DNA of 64,000 nucleotides. Origin: Heptranchias perlo. Its lineage: Eukaryota. Positions 50,787 to 63,141 of the stretch are shown here, piece by piece. Made by a program: the position numbers and the translations under genes. A model generated the notes under the pieces. It was not told the DNA's origin. It worked only from the letters and a program-made list of their open reading frames with translations, and did no database searches. Positions within the stretch are counted from its first letter, which is position 1; the number at the start of each line of letters is the position of its first letter. The DNA is taken from positions 3,596,001-3,660,000 of the forward strand of contig NC_090358.1 in NCBI RefSeq assembly GCF_035084215.1, written 5' to 3'.

Positions 50787-53700
50787 GTGAGGACTCCATC
50801 CGATCGCTTCAAACCTCCAGGACACCGGGCTCCGATCGCAGTACAGATCTAGGCTTTTACTTTCTCGTCACTGGTTTAGCTCCGATTGTAGGACAGCAGT
50901 TATTGTTATGAAAGTTTTTCATGATCTATCCCATGTAAAAACCCAAATTCTTCATTATTGACCTTTCGTAAAGATGATGCAAAATATAATTTCTTGCCGG
51001 CTGCTTGCGTTTACGTTGCTAAAACTGGCTTCCTTGTGCTGTTGACAATATCATAGGCCTGCCTTTTCATGGGTCCCCAATTCTGCCATCGGGGAACCGG
51101 GACCAGTGTGCAGACACTGCCTCCCATGATCCGAACTGAATGAGCACCAATGTGAAAACGCTTTTGGTCACTATAGAGCTCCGTCTGGTGAAACCAGGTC
51201 CTCTTATCGGCTGTGGAGCTCATTAGGGCTCGAGACCTTTCTTTAATGGAGTTTTGAGCAATTTAACTATGCAACCCTCTGAAGAATCAAAAGATTTGTA
51301 GAGGACTGTAATATGTTGCTAGTTAGGCTGGGTGATTGCCACCTAAGCCCTAGGTAATTTTTTTTAAAACCTCAGCATCTTGCTTTATACAGACACAATT
51401 GAACATAGGACTCCATGGAGGAGCATTCATCTCTCTCAATGCAGCGGGCATTCAAAATATCTGGCAAGTAGGATGACCTTGTGTGCCTGCAGTGCGTTAT
51501 TGAATGGTTATGGGTTATGTTTGTTGAAGGTCATCTGAACGATTGCTGTGTTGCCCCTATTACTTGGTTTATTTTTTTCTAACCTGTCACATTTTGTACG
51601 CTGTACCAACACATATTTTACTTGTCTCTTTTGACCTGTGGAAATTGCTAGTCAAGAAGCCTATGCTGCAGATACATGGAACCTAACGCCAGCTAGGATA
51701 AAAACGAAAGACTTGCACGGTGCCGTACGATGAATCTCAAATGTCTTAAAAGCACTTCACATTTCACCTGCAATGAATTGTTTTGAAGTGCTGTGAATAT
51801 TATGTAGACAAACCCAGCAGCCCACTTAAGAATTGCAAGATCCCATAACCAGCAGTGAGATGAGCACAGACACATGGACACCGCGCAGTCTTTAACTATT
51901 TTAAGATAACTCGGACATTGTAAAACAGAAGAAAATGTTTTGCGATGCCCAAGGCCAGCAAACAAGATTTTTTGCTTTATTCATTAATGGGATGTAGGCG
52001 TCGCTGGCAAGGCTGGCATTTATTGCCCATCTCCTAGCTGCCCTTGAGAAGGTGGTAGTGAGCCTTCTACTTGAATTGCTGCAGTCTGTGTGGTGAGGGT
52101 GTCCCCACAGTATTGTTAGGGAGGGAGTTCCAGGATTTTGACCCAGCGACAATGAAGGAACGGCGATATATGTCCAAGTTGCGATAGTGTGTGACTTGGG
52201 GGGAACCGAGGGGTAAAGGTGTTCCCATGCACCTGCTGCCCTTGCCCTTCTGGGTGGTGGCGGTCGATTGCCCAGATATCCTTGTTGTGTATCTTGTGGT
52301 TGCAAATGAGGAGCTCAGCCTAATACTGCAACCCTCAGTTTTATCTGTCCATTCACTGAAGAAACCTCTACCCATGATGATGAGATTCTCAGAAGTAGTA
52401 GTTTTGAGAAAGTATGTGGCCTCGGCTGCTGCAGTTCAGAGACTTTGAGAGTACTATGACGATAAATAAACCTCTGCTGGTGGCGGTAGCGTGTTCTTGT
52501 ATGCTTAGTATAAAACGTTTTTTTGCGGTGCTTTGATAAATCCTTGTCACGAAACTGAGGGGGGAGGGGAAGCCTACAACCGGTGTGAACAGCGATCAAG
52601 CTAAAGGAATTGAGCAAGACTGGAGCAAATTTCCCTGGGGAAGAGTAATTTTGCAGAGAGAAAATTTGAAGGGAAATGAGTCTCCATCTTTTTAAGGTTA
52701 ATATTTAAATATTTGGACCCAATTGAATCTAGAAAGTGATTTTATAAAATGGCCAACAACATCACTGAATAGTTCATGAGTTCAAAATTCATGAGATCAC
52801 TAATGTGTTGGTTCCGTCTTATTTTCCACGACATTCAATAAGTTTTTAAAAAACTGAACTAGTTCCTTAAAGTCTTTAAGAACATAAGAAATAGGAGCAG
52901 GAGTAGGCCATAAGGCCCCTCGAGCCTGCTCTGCCATTCAATAAGATCATGGCTGATCTTCTCCCTCAACTCCACTTTCCCGCCCTATCCCCATATCCCT
53001 TGATTCCCTTAGTGTCCAAATAGCCATCAATCTCAGTCTTGAATATACTCGACGACTGAGCATCCACAGCCCTCTGGGGTAGAGAATTCCAAAGATTCAC
53101 AACCTTCTGAGTAAAGAAATTTTTCCTCATCTCGGTCCTAAATGGCCGCCCCCTTAGCTTGAGACTGACCCCTTGTTCTGGGCTCTCCAGCCAATTGGCT
53201 TATAACTCTATACAAGGATAGTTTTAAATTTATTTTGAGCCCTGTAAACTGTAAGTAGAGACAATTGGATAACAAATTTCACTTTCGGGATGGAATGAAC
53301 TGTGAGTTGCAAAAATGTGGTAGTTTTAAAAAAAAATCACGACATCACTGTTGTGCCGGACCAGTGGCAGCCGAGGAATGAGTATTGTGAAATTTGTGGA
53401 CAGTTAGTCACTTCACAACAATTTCATCCAAATAGTATATAGCTTCAGCTCACTGTCAAATGATTTTCTTGTAAAGAAATTGATCGATCCGAAAACAGTT
53501 AAGCAAAACTTCCGTACTGATTAAAGTGCTTTACAATAAACTATTTGTTTTTAGCCAAGGACACCACCTGCTTCTACCTGGGCCACAGTCAATGGCCCTC
53601 GTCAGTGGACTGTTTGACTCATGAGGTAGTAGAAACGTATGGCGTTAGTTGCTAGTCCTTGATATTTCCTTCAGTGTCGTACTAAATCATTGCTAATGTA

Positions 53701-54064
53701 ATTGAAGCATTGGCTATGAGGCCCTTATTGAAACCTCTAGTATTCAAAAATGATAAAACTGCACGTTAGATTTTATTGGTAATTGTGTAGCTGCATTCTT
53801 TTTTGCGGACTGTATTCCAGTAACTCTTGTCATGGATTGGATGAATAATATAGAATCATCTGAGCCACAAAATAAGTTTTGATTGTACAGTTATGATTTT
53901 AAACCTTTCAGACATTATAATTGGAAATCCTTGGTAGGACTGATAGTTGGCTATATTTTGTAATTGAGTGGGTGTTACATTGTAAATTTGTATTGATCGA
54001 GATTCACATACAGTGTTAACAAATGGCTATATAATCTAAAAAGTAATCTTTCCTCTCCCTAAAG

Positions 54065-54153
54065 CTGTTTCACTTGCCTGCTAAAAAGAATGTAGACACA
54101 GTCCTGGAAGAGTATGCCAACTACAAAAAGTCACGTGGGAACACAGACAATAA
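54065..54153 (+). CDS. MORF4L1: MORF4L1 exon 9: LFHLPAKKNVDTVLEEYANYKKSRGNTDN(K)
   Basis: Pyrimidine tract + AAAG acceptor, GTGAGT donor, 89 nt. Confidence 0.96.
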
Positions 54154-54389
54154 GTGAGTGCATTTATTTTAGTGTGATATACTTACTTTCAGAATAATGC
54201 AGTAAACCTATGCCTGGAATTTCCATGGGGATCTCCTGCTGTGAGTTGGACGGGACCCCTGGAGAAACTATTAAAAACAGCTGCTTATTCCCTTTCTCTT
54301 GGGATTCTGCCAAAGTTACAGTGGGAGGTCAAGCGATCCCCTGCAGAAATTCTTCCCGATAATGTTTTATTTTCTCAATTCTTAAGCGT

Positions 54390-54461
54390 TCTCTGGTGGT
54401 CTAATGGTCAAGATTCAGCACTTTCACTGCCGCGGCCTGGGTTCAATTCCCGGTTAGGGAA
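54390..54461 (+). pseudogene. Degenerate tRNA-Glu(TTC)-derived sequence in MORF4L1 intron 9
   Basis: 72 nt collinear with vertebrate tRNA-Glu-TTC (TCCCTGGTGGTCTAGTGG...CTTTCACCGCCGCGGCCCGGGTTCGATTCCCGGTCAGGGAA). About ten substitutions, mostly transitions, give a mismatch in the anticodon stem. A CR1-type tail follows. Confidence 0.85.
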
Positions 54462-54599
54462 TATGAATTTCTTTGCGGAACAGAGGGGCTGAATGGCCTA
54501 CTCCTGTTCCTATGTTCCTTAAATGTTTTTCAGATTAACAACTTGCATTTATATAGTGCCTCTACTGTAAAGAATGTCCCAAGGTGCTTCAGATGGATG

Positions 54600-55040
54600 T
54601 AAGACTTATAGGGAGAGGTTGGATAGACTGAGACTTTTTTCCCTGGAGAGTAGGAGGTTTAGGGGTGATCTTATAGAAGTCTATAAAATAATGAGGGGCA
54701 TAGATAAGGTAGATAGTCAAATCTTTTCCCAAAGGTAGGGGAGTCTATAACGAAGGGGCATAGATTTATGCTGAGAGGGGAGAGATACAAAAGGGTCCAG
54801 AGGGGCAATTTTTTCACTCAAAGGGTGGTGAGTGTCTGGAACGAGCTGCCAGAGGCAGTAGTAGAGGCGGGTACAATTTTGTCTTTTAAAAAGCATTTGG
54901 ACAGTTACATGGGTAAGATGGGTATAGAGGGATATGGGCCAAGTGCAGGCAATTGGGACTAGCTTAGTGGCATAAACTGGGCGACATGGACATGTTGGGC
55001 CGAAGGGCCTGATTCCATGTTGTGAACTTCTATGATTCTA
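54600..55040 (+). mobile_element. CR1 3' fragment (different subfamily)
   Basis: ORF 54768..54962: NFFTQRVVSVWNELP; tail GGGCCGAAGGGCCTG...TTCTATGATTCTAT. Confidence 0.85.
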
Positions 55041-55927
55041 TAAGAAAAGCTAATGTTGAGTCAAGAGGAGAGGGCTTAGGACGGGTGACTGAAAAGCTGG
55101 GTTTTGGGAAGGTTTTTAAAGGAAGAGAGGATCGCAAAGCGGCAAGGGAACAGTTTAGGGAGGGATTTCCAGAGAGTAGGACCCAGGTGACTGAAGACTC
55201 TGCTGCCAATGGAGGGATGAAGGGAGAGGAGAGATGCATAAAAGGCCAGAGTCAGAGGATGGGAGGGGAATTGTTGGTCTGGAGGAAGTTGCAGAGGTAT
55301 GTCGAAAGGATTTAAAGAATGAAGATTTTAATTTTAATGCATTGGGGGTGGGAAGCCAGCGAGGGCAGAGGTGATGGGTGAGCGGCAGAATTTTGGACAG
55401 TTTGGAGTCTTTCGACGGTGGAGGAAGAGAGGCCAGTCAAGTCTGGAGGTGGCACAGGCATGGATGAGGACTTGAGCAATGATGGGGTAGAGGCAGGTAA
55501 TGTTGTGGAGGTGGATCTTCGTGATGGAAAGGATAATACAGGGTCTGAAACCAAGCTCGGAGTCAAACAGGATGCGAGTGGCAAAGGAAAGGAGAGATGC
55601 AGGGACTGAAGACGGTGACTTTGAGGAAGATATGTGGCTCATCCTAAACTGGATGTCAGCCAAGCAGTCTGACAGCGCAGATAATGTCAGAGACTAAGCT
55701 TGAACGTGGTGGGAAGGACGATGAAGTTAGAGTACTAAGTGGTGCCATGGGTTTAATTTACTGTCCCGTCTCCTTTGGGAGCTGGACTCAACTCCAGCCC
55801 GGACTAATGGGTGAAAGTTAGTTTTCTCGGCCATCTGTAAGGGTCCCTATCCTGGGAAAATCTGACTTTTGGCAAAGTTTGAATATGTTTTCTGGTGGCT
55901 GTGGGTGTACAGCACACCGGGTACGGT

Positions 55928-56262
55928 ACTGCAGTGGTTATGTTGCTGGATTTGTTCTCCAGATTATTAGTCCAGGCCTCTGGATTACATGAGTTCAAAT
56001 CCCACCACAGCAGTCTGAGAATTTGAATTCAGCTTTAAAAAAAATGTTTTTTAAATCTGGAAATAAAAAAATCATGGTATCAGTAAATGTGACCATGAAG
56101 TTCTCAAATTGTCGTAAAAACTCCCTAATATCCTTTAGGGAAGGAAACCTGCCCTCCGCGCCAATGTGGGTGACTCTTAACTGCCCCCTCAAGTGGCCTA
56201 GAGTTGGGCAATAAATGCCGGCCTTGCCAGCGACACCCACATGCCAAGAATGAATTTTTTTT
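55928..56262 (+). mobile_element. Second tRNA-head SINE family; copies at ~31043-31420 and ~3770-3985
   Basis: A/B-box-like head (GCAGTGGTTATG...GAGTTCAAATCCCAC). The tail GGGCAATAAATGCCGGCCTTGCCAGCGACACCCACAT is shared with LINE 3' fragments at 51970-52250 and 10940-11130 (-; RRSFIVAGSKSWNSLP). Confidence 0.7.
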
Positions 56263-56697
56263 TAAAACTGCGCTGATTCAGCCGTACACAGGTAGTTTCA
56301 CTCAGGATAAAAGGGTGGCTTTATTGAAGATCGAATATGACTCATGGCAGCTGGGGCTGCTCTGAAATAAATGTACAGTATCTGACCTGGTGACCTTTAC
56401 GATGGGTATCCATTCTGTGAAATTGTTGCAGACTCCCATCAACTCGATGAATCCTTTTTCAATTAAAAAAAAATCAGATAACTATCTTGTAAAAGAGAAA
56501 AAACATGTGGGAGTGATTACAGAGTACGCTGTGCACTTCATAATCAGATTATCATCGTGGATACTGGCCAGGATTCTCCATCCTGCTGATGGTGTGATCA
56601 GCTCCTCACTTGGAGCAGTTGACTGATATGATTACTGTATCTATGGGAATATAGTCTTGCATTGATTGGATTACTTTGACAATTGGTGAAACATTAC

Positions 56698-57169
56698 ATA
56701 GAATGTACGGCACAGAAACAGACCATTTAGCCCAACAAGTCCATGCTGGTGTTTATGCTCCAGACGAGCCGCCTCCCTCCCTACTTCATCTAACCCGAAC
56801 AGCATATCCTTCTATTCCTTTCTCCCTCTTGTGTTTATCTAGCTTCCCCTTAAATGCTTCTATGCTAGTCACCTCAACTACTCCGTGTGTAGCAAGTTCC
56901 ACATTCTCGCCACTCTTTGGGTAAAGAGGTTTCTCCTGAGTTCCCTATTGGATTTATTAGTGACTATCTTATATTTATGGCCCCTAGTTCTGGTCTCCCC
57001 CACAAGTGGAAACATCCTCTTTACGTCTACCCTATCAAACCCTTTCATAATCTTAAAGACCTATTAAGTCACCCATCAGTATTTTTTCCATAAAAAAGGA
57101 GCCCCAGCCTGTTCAGTCTTCCTGTTAGGTATAACCTCTAAGTTCTGGTATCATCCTAGTAAATCTTTT
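56698..57169 (-). mobile_element. Older CR1 3' fragment, host of the nested insertion; continues at 60300-60392
   Basis: Reverse complement of the CR1 copy at ~16920-17470; collinearity resumes at 60300 (TTTTTGCACCTTTTCCAGTG...TGTGGTCTAACCAAGG). Confidence 0.85.
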
Positions 57170-60100
57170 AAGAACATAAGAAATAGGAGCAGGAGTAGGC
57201 CAATCGGCCCCTCGAGCCTGCTCTGCCATTCAATAAGATCATGGCTGATCTGATCCTAACCTCAAATCTAAATTCATGTCCAATTTCCTGCCCGCTCCCC
57301 GTAACCCCTAATTCCCTTTACTTCTAGGAAACTGTCGATTTTTGTTTTAAATTTATTAAATGATGTAGCTTCCACAGCTTCCTGGGGCAGCAAATTCTAC
57401 AGACCTACTACCCTCTGAGTGAAGAAGTTTCTCCTCATCTCAGTTTTGAAAGAGCAGCCCCTTATTCTAAGATTATGCCCCCGAGTTCTAGTTTCACCCA
57501 TCCTTGGGAACATCCTTACCGCATCCACCCGATCAAGCCCCTTCACAATCTTACATGTTTCAATAAGATCGCCTCTCATTCTTCTGAACTCCAATGAGTA
57601 GAGTCCCAATCTACTCAACCTCTCCTCATATGTCCACCCCCTCATCCCTGGGATTAACCGAGTGAACCTTCTTTGTACTGCCTCGAGAGCAAGTATGTCT
57701 TTTCTTAAGTACGGAGACCAAAACTGTATGCAGTATTCCAGGTGCGGTCTCACCAATACCTTATATAACTGCAGCAATACCTCCCTGTTTTTATATTCTA
57801 TCCCCCGAGCAAGAAAAGCCAACATTCCGTGGCCTTCTTGATCACCTGCTGCACCTGCAGACTAACTTTTTGATTTTCTTGCACTAGGACCCCCAGATCC
57901 CTTTGTACTGCAGTACTTTCCAGTTTCTCGCCTTTAAGATAATAACTTGCTCTCTGATTTTTCCTGCCAAAGTGCATAACCTCACATTTTCCAATATTGT
58001 ATTGCATCTGCCAAATCTCCGCCCACTCACCCAGCCTGTCTATATCCCCTTGTAGGTTTTTTATGTCCTCCTCACTCTCTACTTTCCCTCCCATCTTTGT
58101 ATCATCTGCAAACTTTGATATGTTACATTCGGTCCCCTCCTCCAAATCGTTAATATAGATTGTAAAGAGTTGGGGACCCAGCACCGACCCCTGCGGAACA
58201 CCACTGGCCACTGGTTGCCAGTCTGAGAATGAACCATTTATCCCAACTCTCTGCTTCCTGTTAGATAACCAATCCTCCACCCATGCCAGAATATTACCCC
58301 CAATCCAGTGATTCTTTATCTTGAGCAATAATCTTTTATGTGGCACCTTGTCGAATGCCTTCTGGAAGTCTAAATACACTACGTCCACTGGTTCCCCTTT
58401 ATCCACCCTGTACGTTATGTCCTCAAAGAACTCGAGCAAATTTGTCAGACATGACTTCCCCTTCATAAAGCCATGCTGACTTTGTCCTATTAAATTATGT
58501 TTATCCAAATGTTCCGCTACTGTCTCCTTAATAATAGACTGCAAACTTTTACCCACCACAGATGTTAGGCTAACTGGTCTATAATTTCCAGCCTTCTGCC
58601 TACTACCCTTTTTAAATAAGGGTGTTACATTAGCAGTTTTCCAATCTGCCGGGACCTTTGCCGAGTCCAGAGAATTTTGGAAAATTATTACCAAAGCATC
58701 CACAATCCCTACTGCCACTTCCCTCAAGACCCTAGGATGTAAGCCATCGGGTCCAGGGGATTTATCCGCCTTGAGTCCCATTAATTTACTGAGCACCAAT
58801 TCCTTAGTGATTTTAATCGTATTTAGCTCCTCCCTCCCCCCCCCCCCCCCTAGAGCCCCCTGTTTGTCCAGTGTTGAGATATTCTTAGTGTCCTCTACCG
58901 TAAAGACTGAAACAAAATATTTGTTCAGCATTTTTGCCATCTCCATGTTTCCAACCATTAATTTCCCGGTCTCATCCTCTAAGGGACCTACGTTTGCCTT
59001 AGCCACCCTTTTTCTTTTTATATAACTATAGAAACTCTTGCTACCTGTTTATATTTTTTGCTAATTTATTTTCATAATCTATCTTCCCTTTCTTAATTAA
59101 TCCTTTAGTTACTTTTTGCTGTCTTTTGAAGACTTCCCAATCTTCTATCCTCCCACTAAGTTTGGCTACCTTATATGTCCTTGTTTTTAGTTGGATACTA
59201 TGCTTAATTTCTTTACTTAGCCACGGATGGCTGTCATTTCTTTTACACCCTTTTTTCCTCAGTGGAATATATATTTTTTGAAAGTTGTAAAATAACTGCT
59301 CCTGTACCGTCTTACCATTTAATCTATTTTCCCAGTCCACTATAATCAATTCCGCTCTCATACCATCATAGTCTCCTTTATTCAAGCTCAGTACGCTTGT
59401 TTGAGAGCCAACCTTCTCACCCTCTAATTGGATATGGAATGTAACCATGTTATGGTCACTCATTCCAAGGGGATCCTTAACTAGGACATTATTAATTAAT
59501 CCTGGCTCATTACACAGGACCAGGTCCAAGGTTGCCTGCCCCCTTGTAGGATCAGTTACATACTGCTCAAGAAATCCATCCCTAATACACTCAATAAACT
59601 CTTCCTCAAGGCTGCCCTGCCCAATTTGATTTGTCCAGTTAATATGATAGTTAAAATCCCCCATAATTATAGCTGTTCCCTTATTACATGCCCCGACTAT
59701 TTCCTGATTAATACTACTTCCAGCAGAGTTGCAACTATTAGGAGGCCTATATACTACGCCCACTAGTGTTTTTTTCCCCTTATTATTCCTTATCTCTACC
59801 CAAACTGTTTCATTGTCCTGATCTTTTGTCCCAATATCATTTCTCTGTATTATAGTGATTCCTTCCTTTATTAACATAGCCACTCCACCTCCCCTTCCTT
59901 CCTGCCTGTTCTTCCTGATTGTTAAATACCCTGGCATATTTAATTCCCAGTCATTGTCACCCTGCAGCCATGTTTCTGTAATGGCCACAAGATCATACCC
60001 ATACGTAGTTATTTGTGCCGTTAACTCGTCCATTTTGTTACGGATGCTACGTGCATTCAGATAAAGAACTTTCAAATATGTTTTGTGACAGTTCCTGCTT

Positions 60101-60299
60101 TTTCCTTTTTTAACACTTTACCTTTTACTCCATACCTTCTGTCCCTTCCTGACACGCTTTCCTCTGTCTCCCTGCTCAGGTTCCCAACCCCCTGCCACAG
60201 CTTTGATGCTGGGTTAATCGCCTTGCGCCTTCTAGTTTTTATTTTATCTGTCGTGCCTAAAGTACACTTTCTTTCTGCTGCTCTACGCTTTTCCCTTTC
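57170..60299 (-). mobile_element. Young CR1-clade LINE, 5'-truncated, with near-complete but frameshifted ORF2 (APE endonuclease + reverse transcriptase) and 3' UTR
   Basis: ORF 59041..60075 is the endonuclease (LYLNARS, ITETWL, GVVYRPP, MGDFN, LDLVL, SDHN). ORF 57798..59006 is the RT (KSPGPDG, NYRPVSLTS, YLDFQKAFDKVPH, GVPQGSVLGP, KFADD). ORF 57397..57825 is the C-terminus (LVRPHLEYC). The element ends in a TTCTTATGTTCTT-type tail at ~57170. Confidence 0.96.
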
Positions 60300-60555
60300 C
60301 TTTTTTGCACCTTTTCCAGTGCCCCTATATCCTTTTTATAATAAGGAGACCAGAACTGTTCACAGCACTCAGAGTGTGGTCTAACCAAGGTTTTAAAACA
60401 TGCCACCAAAGAACATTAAAGACTGGCACTCCATTTCTGAATTGTTTGCTGTCTGCCTGTATGTGCTCATTCTCGTGTCTGGATTTTTCCAATATAAGCT
60501 GATTTTGGTGTCATTGGTTCTCTGCTGGTTGCTCAATGCCCTTTCTTATCCTTAG

Positions 60556-60728
60556 GGAATATGCTGTTAATGAAGTAGTTGCAGGAATAAAGGAATATTT
60601 CAATGTGATGTTGGGGACGCAACTGCTGTACAAATTTGAGAGGCCACAGTACGCAGAGATCTTGGCAGACCATCCAGATGCACCCATGTCGCAGATTTAT
60701 GGAGCGCCACATCTCCTTCGACTGTTTG
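60556..60728 (+). CDS. MORF4L1: MORF4L1 exon 10: [57 protein letters not shown]
   Basis: CTTAG acceptor, GTAAGT donor, 173 nt; MRG-domain motifs LLYKFER and [10 protein letters not shown]. Confidence 0.98.
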
Positions 60729-60955
60729 GTAAGTTCAGTTGATTTTCTGAATTGGTTGTCGTGCTTTGTACAAAGTTATTTCCAGATTTCTACCCTCCCT
60801 TCCCCTTCTGAAGGTGGTGCTTGTGTGTTGGGTATGGGTGCAACCTTCAGCTACCTCAGCCTACTCTGTCAGTTCTCACGAGAACAGGCGGTGAGTATTA
60901 GGCTACTAAGCACAGCTTAGTCTAATCTCGTCCTCATCCAAAGAAGGAATTTGCA

Positions 60956-61375
60956 AGAAAGAACTTGCATTTATATGGCGCTTTTCACATTCTCAGGACT
61001 TCCCAAAGCGCTTTATAGCCAATGACGTACTTTTGAAGTAGTCACTGTTGTAATGTAGGAAATGCGGCAGCCAATTTACGCACAGCAAGGTCCCACAAAC
61101 AGTAATGAGATAATAACCAGATCATCTGTTTTAGTGAAGTTGGTTGAGGGATAAATATTTGCCAGGACACTCCCATGCACTTCTTTGAATAGTACCACTT
61201 TTACATCCACCTGAGAGCAGGCGGGGCCTCGGTTTAATGGCTCATCTGAAAGACTACCTCCAACAGTGCAGCACTCCCTCAGAACTGCACTAGGAGCTTA
61301 GTTTTTGTGCTCAAGCCTCTGGAGTGGGGCTTGAACCCACGACCTTCTGACTCGGAGACGAGAGTGCGAAGACTG
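60956..61375 (-). mobile_element. Deu-domain SINE copy; partial copies also at 3215-3335 (+), 20460-20660 (+), 23705-24165 (+, interrupted) and 27595-27800 (-)
   Basis: Collinear with 9899-10355. Confidence 0.85.
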
Positions 61376-62958
61376 ACCTCCAACATTCACATGAGCATTT
61401 CCAGGAAACTTGCTGGATAATGATTAGGAGTCTGGGGGTCAACCCAGGGCCTCCTCAGTCTAGCTGGCTTGCTACTACAGTACACACTGAATTCACTGAG
61501 AACTGGCTGAAGTATACTGTTTATATTTTCAACCCAAATTGAGGAATAAGAACTGGTCTGAGCAACGTCATAGTGGAAAAAGTCATGTAGCCGTGACTGC
61601 TTGAAGTGACAGTGCACCAAGAAAGTGGAGGGCAGAGTTTTTTCCTTTCTTTATAAAGCTTTGATTAGTCTGTAATCCTCCGGCTGATTCAGGCTGTCAG
61701 GAGCTTTTTGCAAAATACTTAGAAAACAGCACCATTGTGAGTCTGATCTGATTGATGCAATGCAGGCCTTTTCTAAAATCATCCAGCAAAAAATGTTTGT
61801 TCTCGGTGTAAAATTATCCTTAAAATACAATAAAAATCACAGTGAACTGTCGGATTTCAACTAATCCGGATTCCTTCCCTAACAACAACTTTTATTTATA
61901 TAGCTCCTTTAACGTAGTGAAACGTCCCAAAGCTTGGTCATAGAGGTAGGTTTTAAGGAGCGCCTTAAAGGAGGAGAGAGGGGTTTAGGGTGGTTTAACC
62001 CCCCCCCCCCCCCAAGTTGCTGTAGTAACCATTTAGGGTGTCACACATGCGCTATCTTTTCCCATCTGCCCTCTCCATGCAGGATAACTTATAGTTGGTT
62101 AACGCAGGTCCAGTTTCCATTATCTTGTACCCAGTTATCAGTGGGCCTTTTCTTCACCTCGTCCTTCCCAGGAGTTGGCTGTTTGTTGCCACTTGCTGCA
62201 GTAATGACATTGAACGTAGTGTACTCAACTGATATCTTCAGTAATTACTAGCTTAATCCATATGCAGCCTTTTAATTATGTAAACCTGTTTGGATCATTC
62301 GTGAAATGGTAGTTTCGGATAACTAGATTTTCTGTACTTGTTAAATTTTGTGAATGGAATTATGTTCTTGACTGTGCTGCTTAATTAAGAATTGTGATAA
62401 GCGATTTGAAGGAACATGAAGTAAGGTTGAACAGTGAATGACTAGCAGCTTTGGGAGAAGGGCATTTACCTGTATGCTCATTTTTAAAACCTTTACAACA
62501 AGAGGAGGCTCGATTATAGTGACCTCCACACCCCTCCTCTGGTAAATAACCTAACAGCACTGTGCCTAGGCTGGTGCAGGAAAAATGGCTGCTTGGGCAG
62601 ACATTGGAGGTCTCTAGAACCATACTCCTGTAACGACTAGAGCCTTCATGGGGAGAGGGGAGGAAAAATGTTCATGTTTATTCCCTTTTGAGCACAAAAA
62701 TTAACAGAATCTGGGGCTGACACCTGTCGCTTGATAATGTTACACTTGTGACCTCCTCCCTCCCCAGCTAAAGTAGCCGTTTGTCTCCAAACCTGAAATT
62801 CACCCGAGGACAGCTCTGCTGACGCATCATGAAAATCTTAAGATTTAAAAAAAGATGAATTGAGTTGCCTGATTGGCGCATGCGGAGCACAGAAACAAGC
62901 GATCTGTTTCGGTAAACCTTCTCCCAGTTGATGCTGTGCCATGTGCTTTCTAGAGAAC

Positions 62959-63141
62959 ATGTGGAGATGCCGGTGATGGACTGGGGTGGACAAATGTAAG
63001 GAATCTTACAACACCAGGTTATAGTCCAACAATTTTATTTTAAAATCACTACTCACCTGACGAAGGAGATAATCTCCGAAAGCTTGTGATTTTAAAATAA
63101 AATTGTTGGACTATAACCTGGTGTTGTAAGATTCCTTAAAT
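62959..63141 (+). mobile_element. Short palindromic Penelope-like element with 13-bp target-site duplication
   Basis: Perfect 53-bp inverted arms at 62997-63049 and 63086-63138, flanked by the direct repeat CTTTCTAGAGAAC (62946-62958 and 63142-63154). The loop carries a hammerhead-like core. Confidence 0.85.
63053..63089 (+). ncRNA. Minimal type I hammerhead ribozyme motif
   Basis: UCAC-CUGACGA-A-GGAGA-UAA-UCUCC-GAAA-GC-UU-GUGA: stem I UCAC/GUGA, core CUGANGA and GAAA, stem II GGAGA/UCUCC, and palindromic AAGCUU in place of stem III. Confidence 0.75.

Noticed and set aside
62810-62890. TGACGCA, GATTGG and GCGCATGCG motifs in intron 10, suggesting an internal promoter
   Set aside because: Very short, no CpG island, and compatible with chance or a repeat remnant.
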